A DNA stretch of 32,331 nt from a virus (Duplodnaviria > Heunggongvirae > Uroviricota > Caudoviricetes): the IMG/VR virus record IMGVR_UViG_3300025936_000018; one strand, given 5' to 3'. The notes under the pieces were generated by a model. It was not told the origin of the DNA, did not search any database, and worked only from the letters and a program-made list of their open reading frames with translations. Shown here one piece after another: positions 15,301-22,617 of the stretch. Position 1 is the stretch's first letter; every line of letters begins with the position of its first letter. The translations under genes were made by a program, and so were the position numbers.

Positions 15301-16229
15301 TGCTCGAGCGCCGGCGTCATGACCGCCTTCACGAACGCCTGCCGGATCGGGTCGGTCTTGCCGCGCAGCTCCGCGGGGAGACAGAACGGTTCGGCGGCGG
15401 CGACGAGCGCGGCCGCGGTGATCGGCAGCGCTCCGGTGAACGGGATCGCGATGATCTCGGTGTCGCCGCGGACGACGAGGAGCTCGTCGAAGTGGAGCGC
15501 GTTGCCGACAGCCGACTCGGGGTAGCCATCGGCCGGCTCGCCGTCGACGTCGGTGACGGTGAGATGCGCCTCGAAGCCGTGGTCGTGCGAGTAGTCGATC
15601 TCTGCCGCGATGAGCGCTTCGCAGACGTCGGTGCGGAGCTCCACGAGCCCGCGCACGTCGGGCAGCAGAATGCCGACGCCGGGCGGGTCGAACGCGCCGT
15701 AGCCGCCGATTACGCCCTCGAGCGGCGCGTGGGTGGCTGCCACGATGCGCAGCGCGTCCACGATCGGCTCGAGCTCGCCCTCGATCTCGCCGAGATACGC
15801 GAGCGTGACGTGGAGGTTCTCCGGAGGGTCGCCGCCGGGCGCCGCGATCGCTTCAGCTTCGAGCGGCCGCGGCTTGACCGCGATCATCGTCGAGAGCGAC
15901 GTGACGCCGGGCGCCGCAGAGACGAGCGGCGGCGTCACCTCGGCGAGGTCGCTCCACTGCCACTGCTCCGGAAGCACGCCCGGAAGTCCTTCGGCCCACT
16001 CGTCGCAGACCATCGCCGGGGAGACCAGCGTGTCGAACATGCCGCAGCGCATCGCCGTGCCGGCGCCGTAGAACGAGCACGTCGCGCACGCGCGGTCGTG
16101 GTTGGCCGTCTCCCGGTAGTGCACGAGCGGCGGCAGTTCGCCCTCGCCGTCGGCGATCGTGGCAGCAGCGGCTCCCACAGGCTCGCGCAGGCCATCCCAC
16201 GCGGCCCAGACCAACTCGCGGTCGCTCAT
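12318..16229 (-). CDS. MuF-family minor head protein fused to several enzymatic/toxin-like domains
   Basis: MuF motifs RATMIARTE, TKTWMT, DGQTV, FPGDP, EVINCRC; 2H motifs LHVTL/AHLTV; RelA-like ELQFHT; YAEAQIHG; directly downstream of portal. Confidence 0.88.
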   Translation of the reverse strand: MSDRELVWAAWDGLREPVGAAAATIADGEGELPPLVHYRETANHDRACATCSFYGAGTAMRCGMFDTLVSPAMVCDEWAEGLPGVLPEQWQWSDLAEVTPPLVSAAPGVTSLSTMIAVKPRPLEAEAIAAPGGDPPENLHVTLAYLGEIEGELEPIVDALRIVAATHAPLEGVIGGYGAFDPPGVGILLPDVRGLVELRTDVCEALIAAEIDYSHDHGFEAHLTVTDVDGEPADGYPESAVGNALHFDELLVVRGDTEIIAIPFTGALPITAAALVAAAEPFCLPAELRGKTDPIRQAFVKAVMTPALEQAGLTWDITNPLAADVISRAGQHIVGISRTTQDDVMNVINYAHEQGLSVPDTAKAIRAHMAEASNVRATMIARTELAGAVNGGSLAAAKIAADVAGATATKTWMTAPGATYPRHEDYEGLDGQTVQLDGLFDVGGAELRFPGDPDGEAGEVINCRCTLEYSGERKSDTAGDNIDAAGEQRFSLEHHNRVLRAAHKRIDDFEPRLAAILQPILERAGDIAALRFEQLATNHLTAADDPANPAGWTPPAAEEILPVNCEELTDAGGLTSGHAEAGIRPLSAPSAGSGPGRPVVSFAETTDYESFNSALAENARPGFLTVHTPEELARDKVFISPDGESGFVVTPEHDLQNVFRNPGGIKGAGQQAVRKAVQEEGAATLDAYDGFLPDMYEQEGFRVVGRMKFVDEYAPEGWKFEEYGRPDIVFMAQNAPAETEVRLFTDWDEAKAYAASVAGEPIPPEVLDSAKAMISDAAAAEPEVTAELSGIADTAGGKMEGLENAVKENPSLVRKITGDLADARLADPSATVAEVSASINDTLRYTMTFPDGSYANGVQTTLARLEKDGYTQIKLKNYWGNADYQGINGVFEKNGQRFELQFHTPRTFELKTSLHPQYRAFQLSTDPAERLRLWNEMAAEQSKNPVPAGAFGIGQRVTHDAPVGADVMRVLRVQDIVPGANNLTMDRTMENINYVAERQAQTQGGRWKMIGTPEERAQRLEEWKAEALTSIKKAVADAQVRIRVTTDTLEKILKEGRFKSQFETGTSKGMLDADLRARAEERMFGYPKSLPDEERPIYGYLAGSADETHGVEQYGDLIVNLKPETNERTTFSLIDSLGPGRDGEIIPSPLNDPSLTSWWGGANPVEANGDVADMTYGSYAEAQIHGGVALSDIDQVIFSAEREQERIQGATAMANIMRDNLAEKQRELDALREAVKGTSNTSALAAAEDAVARAQEQADEWLARSEQTMMEGTHLRELLDELEIRWHMVDTYRELGGGNSQND

Positions 16230-16232
16230 GGG

Positions 16233-18275
16233 TTAGCGCCCGTTCTTCGCTGCCGCGAGGAGCCCCTCCACCTTGGCGGCGAATGTCGGCGGCAGCGGGT
16301 CGGGCCGCTCGTCATAGAGCGTGCGTGCGGCGTGGCGCTCGATCGTGTCCGCGATGGACTCGGCCGCGGTGTCGTCGCGCACGCCGAGCTCGCGGAGCAC
16401 GGCCAGCATGATCTCGTGCGTCGCGGAGACGAGCTCGAGCTCGCGCGCGCCGCCGAGCAGCCGCCGGACGGTCGTGCGTCCGAGTTTCGCCGCGACAAGG
16501 CCGTTCGGATTGCCGTCGATCAGCGCGAGCGCTTCATCGTCGCGTCGTGCGAGCTGCCGAAGGCGCGCGCCGGCGGCTTCGCGCGCGCGCAGCTGCGCAT
16601 AGACGGCCGCGCCTTCGATCGTGGTGCCGAGAGATCCGACGATCGTTTCGGTGCCCGCCTCCTGGCCTCCGGCCGGCGGTCCCGTTTGGGCCTCCGCTCC
16701 GGTCTCGGGCCCGCCGGCCGGCTGCTCGTTCCCGCTGTTCGAGACGACACCCGGAGTGGGCTCGACCGAGCCGGCGCCGACTCGCGGCACGCCGTCCCAC
16801 GCGAGAGACGAATCGCCCGTCGCGATGCCGACGATCCGTGCCCTCTCGTCCTTGGTCGGCGCGTCGTCCTCGCTGAAAGCTGTCTCGCGGCGAAGCGCCT
16901 CGTCGCCGATGACCGCCTTGTCGTGCAGCTGGATCGCGGTCTTCGTTCGGTCGGGATGGTTGATCACCTTCGTCGCGTCGTACGCGATCACGTACTTGTC
17001 CCAGTCGGCCATGTTGAGCTCTTCGCGCAGGTACGGCCCGAGATAGGCGGCCGTCAGGTCCTCCACGAATCCGTCGGCGACCGGCTGGATGTGCGCCTGC
17101 CACGTCTGGTCGTCGATGATCCAGGCGTTCCAGTGGTTCGTGTCGGTGAAGCCGAGCAGCGCCTCGACCGGCATATCGAGCGAGATCGCGAGCCGGCGAA
17201 TCGCCTCGTTGCGCAGGCCGACCTCCGGGTAAATCTGGAGCGGGTCCTGGATCTGCATGTGGTAGACGAGATCGGCGAGCTTCATCCCGTCCGGGACGCG
17301 CACGCGCAGAAGGATCGGCGCCACCGCGGCGGCGGTGCCCTCGTCGGCGATCGCCGTCGTGATCGCCTCGGTCATGTCCTCCATGAGCGGGTCCTCGAGG
17401 ATGTCCTCGTCCGGAGACGGCTCGTCGGGTCGCGTCGTGATGCGGTCGTCGATGAAGAGGAAGCCGGCCGTCCAGAGTCTCGAGCGGAGCCGCGCGCGGA
17501 TCACCTGCGTCAGAAGGACGAGCTCCTCGAGGATGTCGAGCACGCCCTCGGTCGTGGAGTCCGGCAGTGCCGAGAAGCGCGGGTGCGGCCGATGGAGCCG
17601 GTACGCGACGGCGGTGCCGACGCCGGCGGGCCCCTGGTTGTTCCCTTCCTTGTCGACGACCGGCTCGAATGAGTCGTCCGGCGCCGGGCGGAAGAGCGTC
17701 GCCGGCATCACCGGCGCCGTGAACCGCGTGTAGTTGCCGTCGAGCAGCCGGATCTCGTCGGTCGAGAGCATCTCCCACTGCTCCTGATTCGTCTCGGGGT
17801 TGATCGAGACGAAGAGGATGGCCTCGCCGACGAGGAACGCGAGCAAGCCGTAGGCGCGCTGGAGCCCGGTGCGGCCGATGCCGCCCGGATCCTTGATCCG
17901 CTCGAACGCCTCGATCACCTGCTCGTTCGTCGTCGGAATGAGGTCGCCGTTCTCGTCCTTTTCCGCGGCGAAGAGCAAGAGCTGCGAGAGCGCTCGAGCG
18001 TAGAACTGCGCTGCGAACTTGAACTCGCCGACGAGGTCGAAGTAGCCGAACGCCCGGATCTGCCACGGCATGATCAGGCGGCGCAGATAGGTCGCCTGTC
18101 CGTGGCGGACGAGCGCGCCGGCCGCGGTCATGTTCTCGCGATAGGACTCCGGCAAGTCCTTCTCGACGAGAGCGAGCTCGGCCTTCAGCGCGTCATGTGT
18201 CGGGCCGACGCGATGCGACATCACCACGCGAGCGCGCGGCACGGGCGAACGACGGCGGCGGCGGAAGAGGCCCAA
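16233..18275 (-). CDS. Portal protein
   Basis: WQIRAFGYFDLVGEFKFAAQFYARALS, RLHRPHPR...DS, IRRLAISLDMPVEALLG...NHWNAW resemble actinophage portals; position upstream of MuF/protease/capsid. Confidence 0.82.
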   Translation of the reverse strand: MGLFRRRRRSPVPRARVVMSHRVGPTHDALKAELALVEKDLPESYRENMTAAGALVRHGQATYLRRLIMPWQIRAFGYFDLVGEFKFAAQFYARALSQLLLFAAEKDENGDLIPTTNEQVIEAFERIKDPGGIGRTGLQRAYGLLAFLVGEAILFVSINPETNQEQWEMLSTDEIRLLDGNYTRFTAPVMPATLFRPAPDDSFEPVVDKEGNNQGPAGVGTAVAYRLHRPHPRFSALPDSTTEGVLDILEELVLLTQVIRARLRSRLWTAGFLFIDDRITTRPDEPSPDEDILEDPLMEDMTEAITTAIADEGTAAAVAPILLRVRVPDGMKLADLVYHMQIQDPLQIYPEVGLRNEAIRRLAISLDMPVEALLGFTDTNHWNAWIIDDQTWQAHIQPVADGFVEDLTAAYLGPYLREELNMADWDKYVIAYDATKVINHPDRTKTAIQLHDKAVIGDEALRRETAFSEDDAPTKDERARIVGIATGDSSLAWDGVPRVGAGSVEPTPGVVSNSGNEQPAGGPETGAEAQTGPPAGGQEAGTETIVGSLGTTIEGAAVYAQLRAREAAGARLRQLARRDDEALALIDGNPNGLVAAKLGRTTVRRLLGGARELELVSATHEIMLAVLRELGVRDDTAAESIADTIERHAARTLYDERPDPLPPTFAAKVEGLLAAAKNGR

Positions 18276-18277
18276 CG

Positions 18278-18454
18278 TCAGGACGTCGGCGTCTGCCTCG
18301 AGCCGCGCGGCCCGGTGGAGTAGTAGCGCGGGTCGCCCGGGCCACCTTCGCGCCGTGGCCGGAACGACGACTTCGGCCGTTCATGGACGGTCGGCTCGAA
18401 CTTCCGCGGCTCTTTCGGCGTGCGTGCCGTTGACCCGCCACAGTTGCATCCCAC
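18278..18454 (-). CDS. Small basic protein beginning MGCNCGG, 58 aa
   Basis: GTG 18454 with AAGGAGGG SD, TGA 18278, 2 nt before portal start; not in ORF track. Confidence 0.7.
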   Translation of the reverse strand: MGCNCGGSTARTPKEPRKFEPTVHERPKSSFRPRREGGPGDPRYYSTGPRGSRQTPTS

Positions 18455-18487
18455 AGGACTGCCCTCCTTGCTCGTAAGGTCGGCGAC

Positions 18488-18500
18488 AGTCTAAGACGGG
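18488..18500 (-). promoter_or_regulatory. Putative late promoter (CCCGTCT-TAGACT) upstream of portal operon
   Basis: 12/13 identical to the capsid-gene motif at 2239-2251. Confidence 0.7.
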
Positions 18501-18502
18501 CG

Positions 18503-18853
18503 CTAGTCAGCGAGAGTGAGACGTGCTGCCGTACGAATCCGATGGCAGCACGCGCAGACGACTTCGCACTTCGCGACCTCGGCCATGAGCCGCTCAACCG
18601 AACACGCAGCGCGCACGAGATCGGAGACGGCGCGGTCCTTGTCGTTGCCGATGTGATCGAAGTCCATGCAGATCGGCGGGAACTCGCGCTCGCAGTCGGC
18701 GCACGGCACGGACTTGAGCTCATCTATCAGGCGTCGCAGGAGCGCGCGCTGACGCTTCGTATGCTCACGCGCGCGGCGCTTGTACGCCTCCGGATCGCGT
18801 TCGTACGCGCGTCGCTGGCAAGCCGCCTCGTCCGCTGGGTCGGCATAAGCCAT
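18503..18853 (-). CDS. HNH endonuclease family protein
   Basis: CADC...MDFDH...KCEVVCACCHRIRT. Confidence 0.82.
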   Translation of the reverse strand: MAYADPADEAACQRRAYERDPEAYKRRAREHTKRQRALLRRLIDELKSVPCADCEREFPPICMDFDHIGNDKDRAVSDLVRAACSVERLMAEVAKCEVVCACCHRIRTAARLTLAD

Positions 18854-18868
18854 TAGAAATAGTGAAAA

Positions 18869-18941
18869 TAGCGGAGATCGGACTCGAACCGATGACCTCC
18901 GGGTTATGAGCCCGGCGAGCTACCAGCTGCTCCACTCCGCG
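18869..18941 (-). tRNA. Initiator tRNA-fMet (CAT), CCA not encoded
   Basis: CGCGGAGTGGAGCAGCTGGTAGCTCGCCGGGCTCATAACCCGGAGGTCATCGGTTCGAGTCCGATCTCCGCTA: C1 unpaired, A11-U24, three G-C pairs closing the anticodon stem, TTCGA T-loop. Confidence 0.95.
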
Positions 18942-18949
18942 TGGCCGGG

Positions 18950-18958
18950 ATGCTACCA
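18950..18958 (-). promoter_or_regulatory. Extended -10 (TG-G-TAGCAT) for the tRNA
   Basis: TAGCAT 8 nt upstream of tRNA C1. Confidence 0.45.
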
Positions 18959-18966
18959 GCCGTGTT

Positions 18967-19332
18967 TTACGGGTCGAGCCAGCGCGAGACGATGCCGACC
19001 GCGCTCGAGAGCGCCGGCGCGGCAAGCAGCGTCAGCGTCCACCACGGCGCGAAGTACCACGCGACGTAGACGCCGGAGCCGATCCAGACGCTCAAGCAGT
19101 ACGGGCAGCCGAAGAGCTCGTAGAAGAACCGCCGGCGGTACGCGACGTTGACCTCGATGCGCTCGGACGTCAACCCCATGCGCGCATTCGTGCTGGCGCT
19201 ATTCGTGGCGTGCTCGCCGGCGATCCACGCGCGCGCCTTGACCAGGATCGAGAGATGGTCCCAGCCGACGAGCCGAACGAGCCGATGCGTCGCGAGTACA
19301 AGGATCGCTGCTGCCCATGGCGACGGAATCAT
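18967..19332 (-). CDS. DUF1360-like membrane protein
   Basis: LATHRLVRLVGWD...ELFGCPYCLSVWIG and two hydrophobic segments. Confidence 0.75.
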   Translation of the reverse strand: MIPSPWAAAILVLATHRLVRLVGWDHLSILVKARAWIAGEHATNSASTNARMGLTSERIEVNVAYRRRFFYELFGCPYCLSVWIGSGVYVAWYFAPWWTLTLLAAPALSSAVGIVSRWLDP

Positions 19333-19357
19333 CCGGCGATCTTCCCACAGACGACGC

Positions 19358-19663
19358 TCACGCGGTGAGCTCCGGGATGACTTCGTCGAGCGGGATCAGC
19401 TCGCCGTTCGCGCCGAGCGCGTGCGACGGCTGGTGCTGCCAGCGCGACCACTCCGAGCGCGCCTCGTCACGCGCGAGCTCGAGCGCCGCGCGCGCATCGT
19501 CGTCCGTGGCGACGCATCCGCCGCGGGCGAAGCGGAAGCCGCGGTCGATGACGCCGCGGCGCGGCCGCTGCGGCCGGCCCTCCTCGAGATGGATGAAGAG
19601 CCACCAGCGCACGTCGTGCGCGCTGCCGTCGAGCCGTATCCGCTCGTAGCCGATCTCGATCAA
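19358..19663 (-). CDS. Hypothetical protein
   Basis: TTG 19663 overlapping upstream TGA; C-terminal part of track ORF 19358..19813. Confidence 0.6.
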   Translation of the reverse strand: MIEIGYERIRLDGSAHDVRWWLFIHLEEGRPQRPRRGVIDRGFRFARGGCVATDDDARAALELARDEARSEWSRWQHQPSHALGANGELIPLDEVIPELTA

Positions 19664-19830
19664 CTCGAGCTCTTCCTGCGAAGAGCGCGCCGGCTGATAA
19701 CGAGACGCTCGCCCGTGTCGATGAACCGCACGAGCGCAGAGCAGCGCGTGCCGGTCGCCTCGAGCACGCATTCGCGGCCCTTGAGCTCGGCGCGGCGCGG
19801 ATTGTTTCCCCACGCGTAGATGTAGATCAC
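19660..19830 (-). CDS. Small hypothetical protein, 56 aa
   Basis: GTGA overlap; MIYIYAWGNNPRRAELKGRECVLEATG...; coupled at both ends; not in ORF track. Confidence 0.65.
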   Translation of the reverse strand: MIYIYAWGNNPRRAELKGRECVLEATGTRCSALVRFIDTGERLVISRRALRRKSSS

Positions 19831-20819
19831 GGTCGCACGCCCTCGACGTGAAAGACGTCGGGCGGATGGCCGTAGTTCTGCTGGATCAGGCTGCGATCGG
19901 AGAACGCCGTCTCGTCCTCGCCGACGACGCCGGCCTCGATTCCGGCCGCGGCGAGATGCTCGAGCACGAGCTTGGGCGTGGTGGCGACGGCCGCGCCCGG
20001 CCGAATCCTCGGGCGGCTCGAGCCGCGACCGCCGATGGCGTCCTGCGTGATGCGGACGGTTCCTCCTGGCCGAAGAACGCGCGCGATCTCATGGAACACG
20101 GCCGGCCACTCCTCGAGCGCGACGTACATCAGCGCGTGCGACTCGGTGATCGCGTCGACGCTGCTGGAGGCAAAGTCGCCAAGGCCGTCCTCGAACGTCC
20201 AGCCGGTCGACTTGTCGATGTTGACGTAGCCGGGAATCGGGTTGATCCCGCCGCCGAGGTTGAGCCGGAGGCTCTCGATCTCGTACTCGTCGAGGTCGCG
20301 CTCGAAGTGCATACGGGTGCCTTCACGCTGGATCTGCGTCTGGTAGCAGGAGAGCGCCGCTCGCTTCATGTTCGGCCAGCCGTCCCACTCGACGTCGACC
20401 GGGAAGCCGTGCGTCGTGCGGATCGGGTAGCCGCTCTCTTCGCACCGATAGGTCGTGTAGTAGCGGATCTTCCCAGGCCAGACTTCGTGCGCGACGCGCG
20501 CGAGTTTGTTGTGGTGGCTGTGGCCGCGCGGCTCCGGAGTCGGCACCCAGACACAGTCGGGCTCGGGCTCCTCCTGCCGAAGCCATAGGGCGACGAGATC
20601 CCACGGCGCGGGGTCGCACGGGAACCACAGCTGCTCGAACTCGCACCCGAGGATGTCCATCGCCGCGGCGCTCTCGGCGATCCGTTCGGTCGGCAGCGGG
20701 TAGCTGGCCTTCCGAGCTCCGAGCAGGCAGACGATGACCTTCGGCCGCTCGCGCAGAGCGATGTACGACGCGAAGAGCGTCTCGTCGTCGTTGTGAGGAC
20801 TGAGAAGCAGCTGCGTCAC
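19827..20819 (-). CDS. PIG-L/LmbE-family de-N-acetylase fused to class I SAM methyltransferase
   Basis: SPHNDDE and GHSHH in the N-terminal half; LNLGGG, YVNID, SHALMY, RVLRPGG in the C-terminal half; GTG 20819 overlaps upstream stop. Confidence 0.8.
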   Translation of the reverse strand: MTQLLLSPHNDDETLFASYIALRERPKVIVCLLGARKASYPLPTERIAESAAAMDILGCEFEQLWFPCDPAPWDLVALWLRQEEPEPDCVWVPTPEPRGHSHHNKLARVAHEVWPGKIRYYTTYRCEESGYPIRTTHGFPVDVEWDGWPNMKRAALSCYQTQIQREGTRMHFERDLDEYEIESLRLNLGGGINPIPGYVNIDKSTGWTFEDGLGDFASSSVDAITESHALMYVALEEWPAVFHEIARVLRPGGTVRITQDAIGGRGSSRPRIRPGAAVATTPKLVLEHLAAAGIEAGVVGEDETAFSDRSLIQQNYGHPPDVFHVEGVRP

Positions 20820-22234
20820 AGATGGTCCCACGGAGGGTGTAGCCGGTCTTGTGCGTCCGGGTTCATGACGCTGGCGACATCGGGGACCGGGACAGCGAGC
20901 GAGCGCTTGACGCGGTACATGCGCCTTCTAGCGCGATGCAGCGCGACGGACATCACGCGGCCGACGCCGCTCGAGGTGCGCCCGCGGAGGTTCGGCACCC
21001 GAGGGCACTGGTAATTGAAAAAAGCGAGCGTGTCGCGCCGGCATAGGTAGATGCCGTCAACGTGGAACGTCTCGAACGCGTGATCCTGCTCGACCGGGAC
21101 CAGCCCCGTCCAATTCATCTGCCCTTCGTGATTACGGAGCCGCCACAGGGTGAGCGCGGCCGGATTCTCAAGACGACGCCATGTGTCGATCGCACGCGGC
21201 AGCGCGTGCCGCGTGAGACGAACGTCGTCGGGAAGGAACACGAACCAGTCGGCGTGCGACGAGCGGCAGTCCGCGAACTGGCGACTGACGAGCTCCCAGT
21301 GCTTGTCACGGCCCTGCCGGCGCGCGAAGCGCCGCCACGTCCAGCCATTCTTGTCAACGATCGCGCGCGCGTCGATGTACGCGTCCTCAGTCGGATCTTC
21401 GTAGACGCCAACCTCGAGATCGGCCCAGTTCGCTTCGCACTCGAGATCCTCGAGCAGAGCTGGAAGAAGGCGCGAACGCTCGCAGGTGGCGATCGAGACG
21501 CGAATCCGAGGGCGCCGGGGATTCCGCGTCCAGTCGATCGTCTCGAGCTCGCGCCGGCGGTCCTCGCGCGTGTCAAAGACGGTGCCGTCGCCGGCTGCGT
21601 TGCTGTCGTAGATGGTCCGCATGCCGTCCGGCAGGATGTATTCCAGCCAGCCCTTCTCGTGCGCGAGCACGGCGAGCGGGATCCCCGTCCGGTGTGCGTG
21701 GCAGGAGAGGTAGACGTCGGCCATGTTCGGCGTCCGGAAGAGGTCTCGCCAGATCGGTACGCACTCCGTGTGCCAGCCGAGAACGCCCGTGCCGACCGTG
21801 TTGACGTCGAGGTCGTCGGCGTCGACCGTGGCGAGGCAGTGGAGCCGCTTGATGGTCGCGGCGCCGTGAACCTTCGTGGAGTAGCCGGCCGTGGTGCCGC
21901 CGTGGAAGCTGACCGCGCGGCAGCGGCCGTACCGCTCGATGCCGGCGATCAGCGTCTCGATGTAGTCGGGCGGGTAGAGGATGTCGTCGTCGATCGTCGC
22001 GACGTAGCCGTCCCAGTTGTCGACTGCGGCGAACTTCTCGGCGTCTCCGCCGTTGATCGGGCGGATGGTCGCGTGGACGTTCGGGAAGTCGGCGAGGAAG
22101 GCTGGCGCCTCGGTGTAGTCGTTGAGCGAGAGATGCACCTCGTCGACTTGGGGTGCGATGCTCCCGAGCACGCGCTCGAGCGAGTCGGCGCGCTCGGGGA
22201 TACTCGCGATCCCCGCCATGACACGGTCAGTCAC
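20816..22234 (-). CDS. Two-domain GT-A glycosyltransferase
   Basis: Domain 1 IASIPER...TIDDDILYPPDY; domain 2 RVSIATCER...VFLPDDV; GTG 22234 overlaps upstream stop. Confidence 0.82.
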   Translation of the reverse strand: MTDRVMAGIASIPERADSLERVLGSIAPQVDEVHLSLNDYTEAPAFLADFPNVHATIRPINGGDAEKFAAVDNWDGYVATIDDDILYPPDYIETLIAGIERYGRCRAVSFHGGTTAGYSTKVHGAATIKRLHCLATVDADDLDVNTVGTGVLGWHTECVPIWRDLFRTPNMADVYLSCHAHRTGIPLAVLAHEKGWLEYILPDGMRTIYDSNAAGDGTVFDTREDRRRELETIDWTRNPRRPRIRVSIATCERSRLLPALLEDLECEANWADLEVGVYEDPTEDAYIDARAIVDKNGWTWRRFARRQGRDKHWELVSRQFADCRSSHADWFVFLPDDVRLTRHALPRAIDTWRRLENPAALTLWRLRNHEGQMNWTGLVPVEQDHAFETFHVDGIYLCRRDTLAFFNYQCPRVPNLRGRTSSGVGRVMSVALHRARRRMYRVKRSLAVPVPDVASVMNPDAQDRLHPPWDHL

Positions 22235-22617
22235 AGGCGTCTCATCGGCTCGAAGCCATCCGGCCGCGCTGCTCTTCCGTGCACCGGCCGGCCCAGCCGC
22301 TCGAACTCGTCCCACGCGATGCACGGGCCGAGCGCGGTCTCGTAGCCGACGACGCGCGGATTGCGGCCAGCCGACTTCGCGCTGTGCGCCGCGGAAAGCA
22401 GCTGCGGGTCGTCGATCTCCGGCCAGACGATGATGCGGTGAGCTCCGGTCATGTAGTTCGCGACGAAGCTACAGCCGGCGGCCGGACATGGGAACGGGTC
22501 GGTGCGAATGCAGAACCAGCCGGTGTAGTCCGCGTCCCCGTCGTGCCGGCGCGACTCGACCTCCTGATCGAAGGTTGTGGTCGGCTCGGCAACGACGGGG
22601 ACCGCGGCGGCGCTCAC
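22231..22617 (-). CDS. Hypothetical protein
   Basis: Coupled at both ends (GTGA), high GC3. Confidence 0.65.
   Translation of the reverse strand: MSAAAVPVVAEPTTTFDQEVESRRHDGDADYTGWFCIRTDPFPCPAAGCSFVANYMTGAHRIIVWPEIDDPQLLSAAHSAKSAGRNPRVVGYETALGPCIAWDEFERLGRPVHGRAARPDGFEPMRRL

Noticed and set aside
14540-15390. Possible intein in MuF (F-CLP start, VN-C end)
   Set aside because: Intervening sequence is the MuF core itself; no Hint block B TxxH or penultimate His seen
14613-17672. 1019-aa plus-strand ORF (also 12903..14336, 21062..22345, 22279..23835)
   Set aside because: Antisense shadows of well-supported minus-strand genes
18503-18853. CACCH instead of CANCH as HNH inactivation
   Set aside because: That position is not clearly catalytic; DH and final H plus Zn cysteines are retained
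18869-18941. tRNA as a prophage attachment site
   Set aside because: Phage-like genes on both sides, no duplicated tRNA 3' end and no integrase in the window
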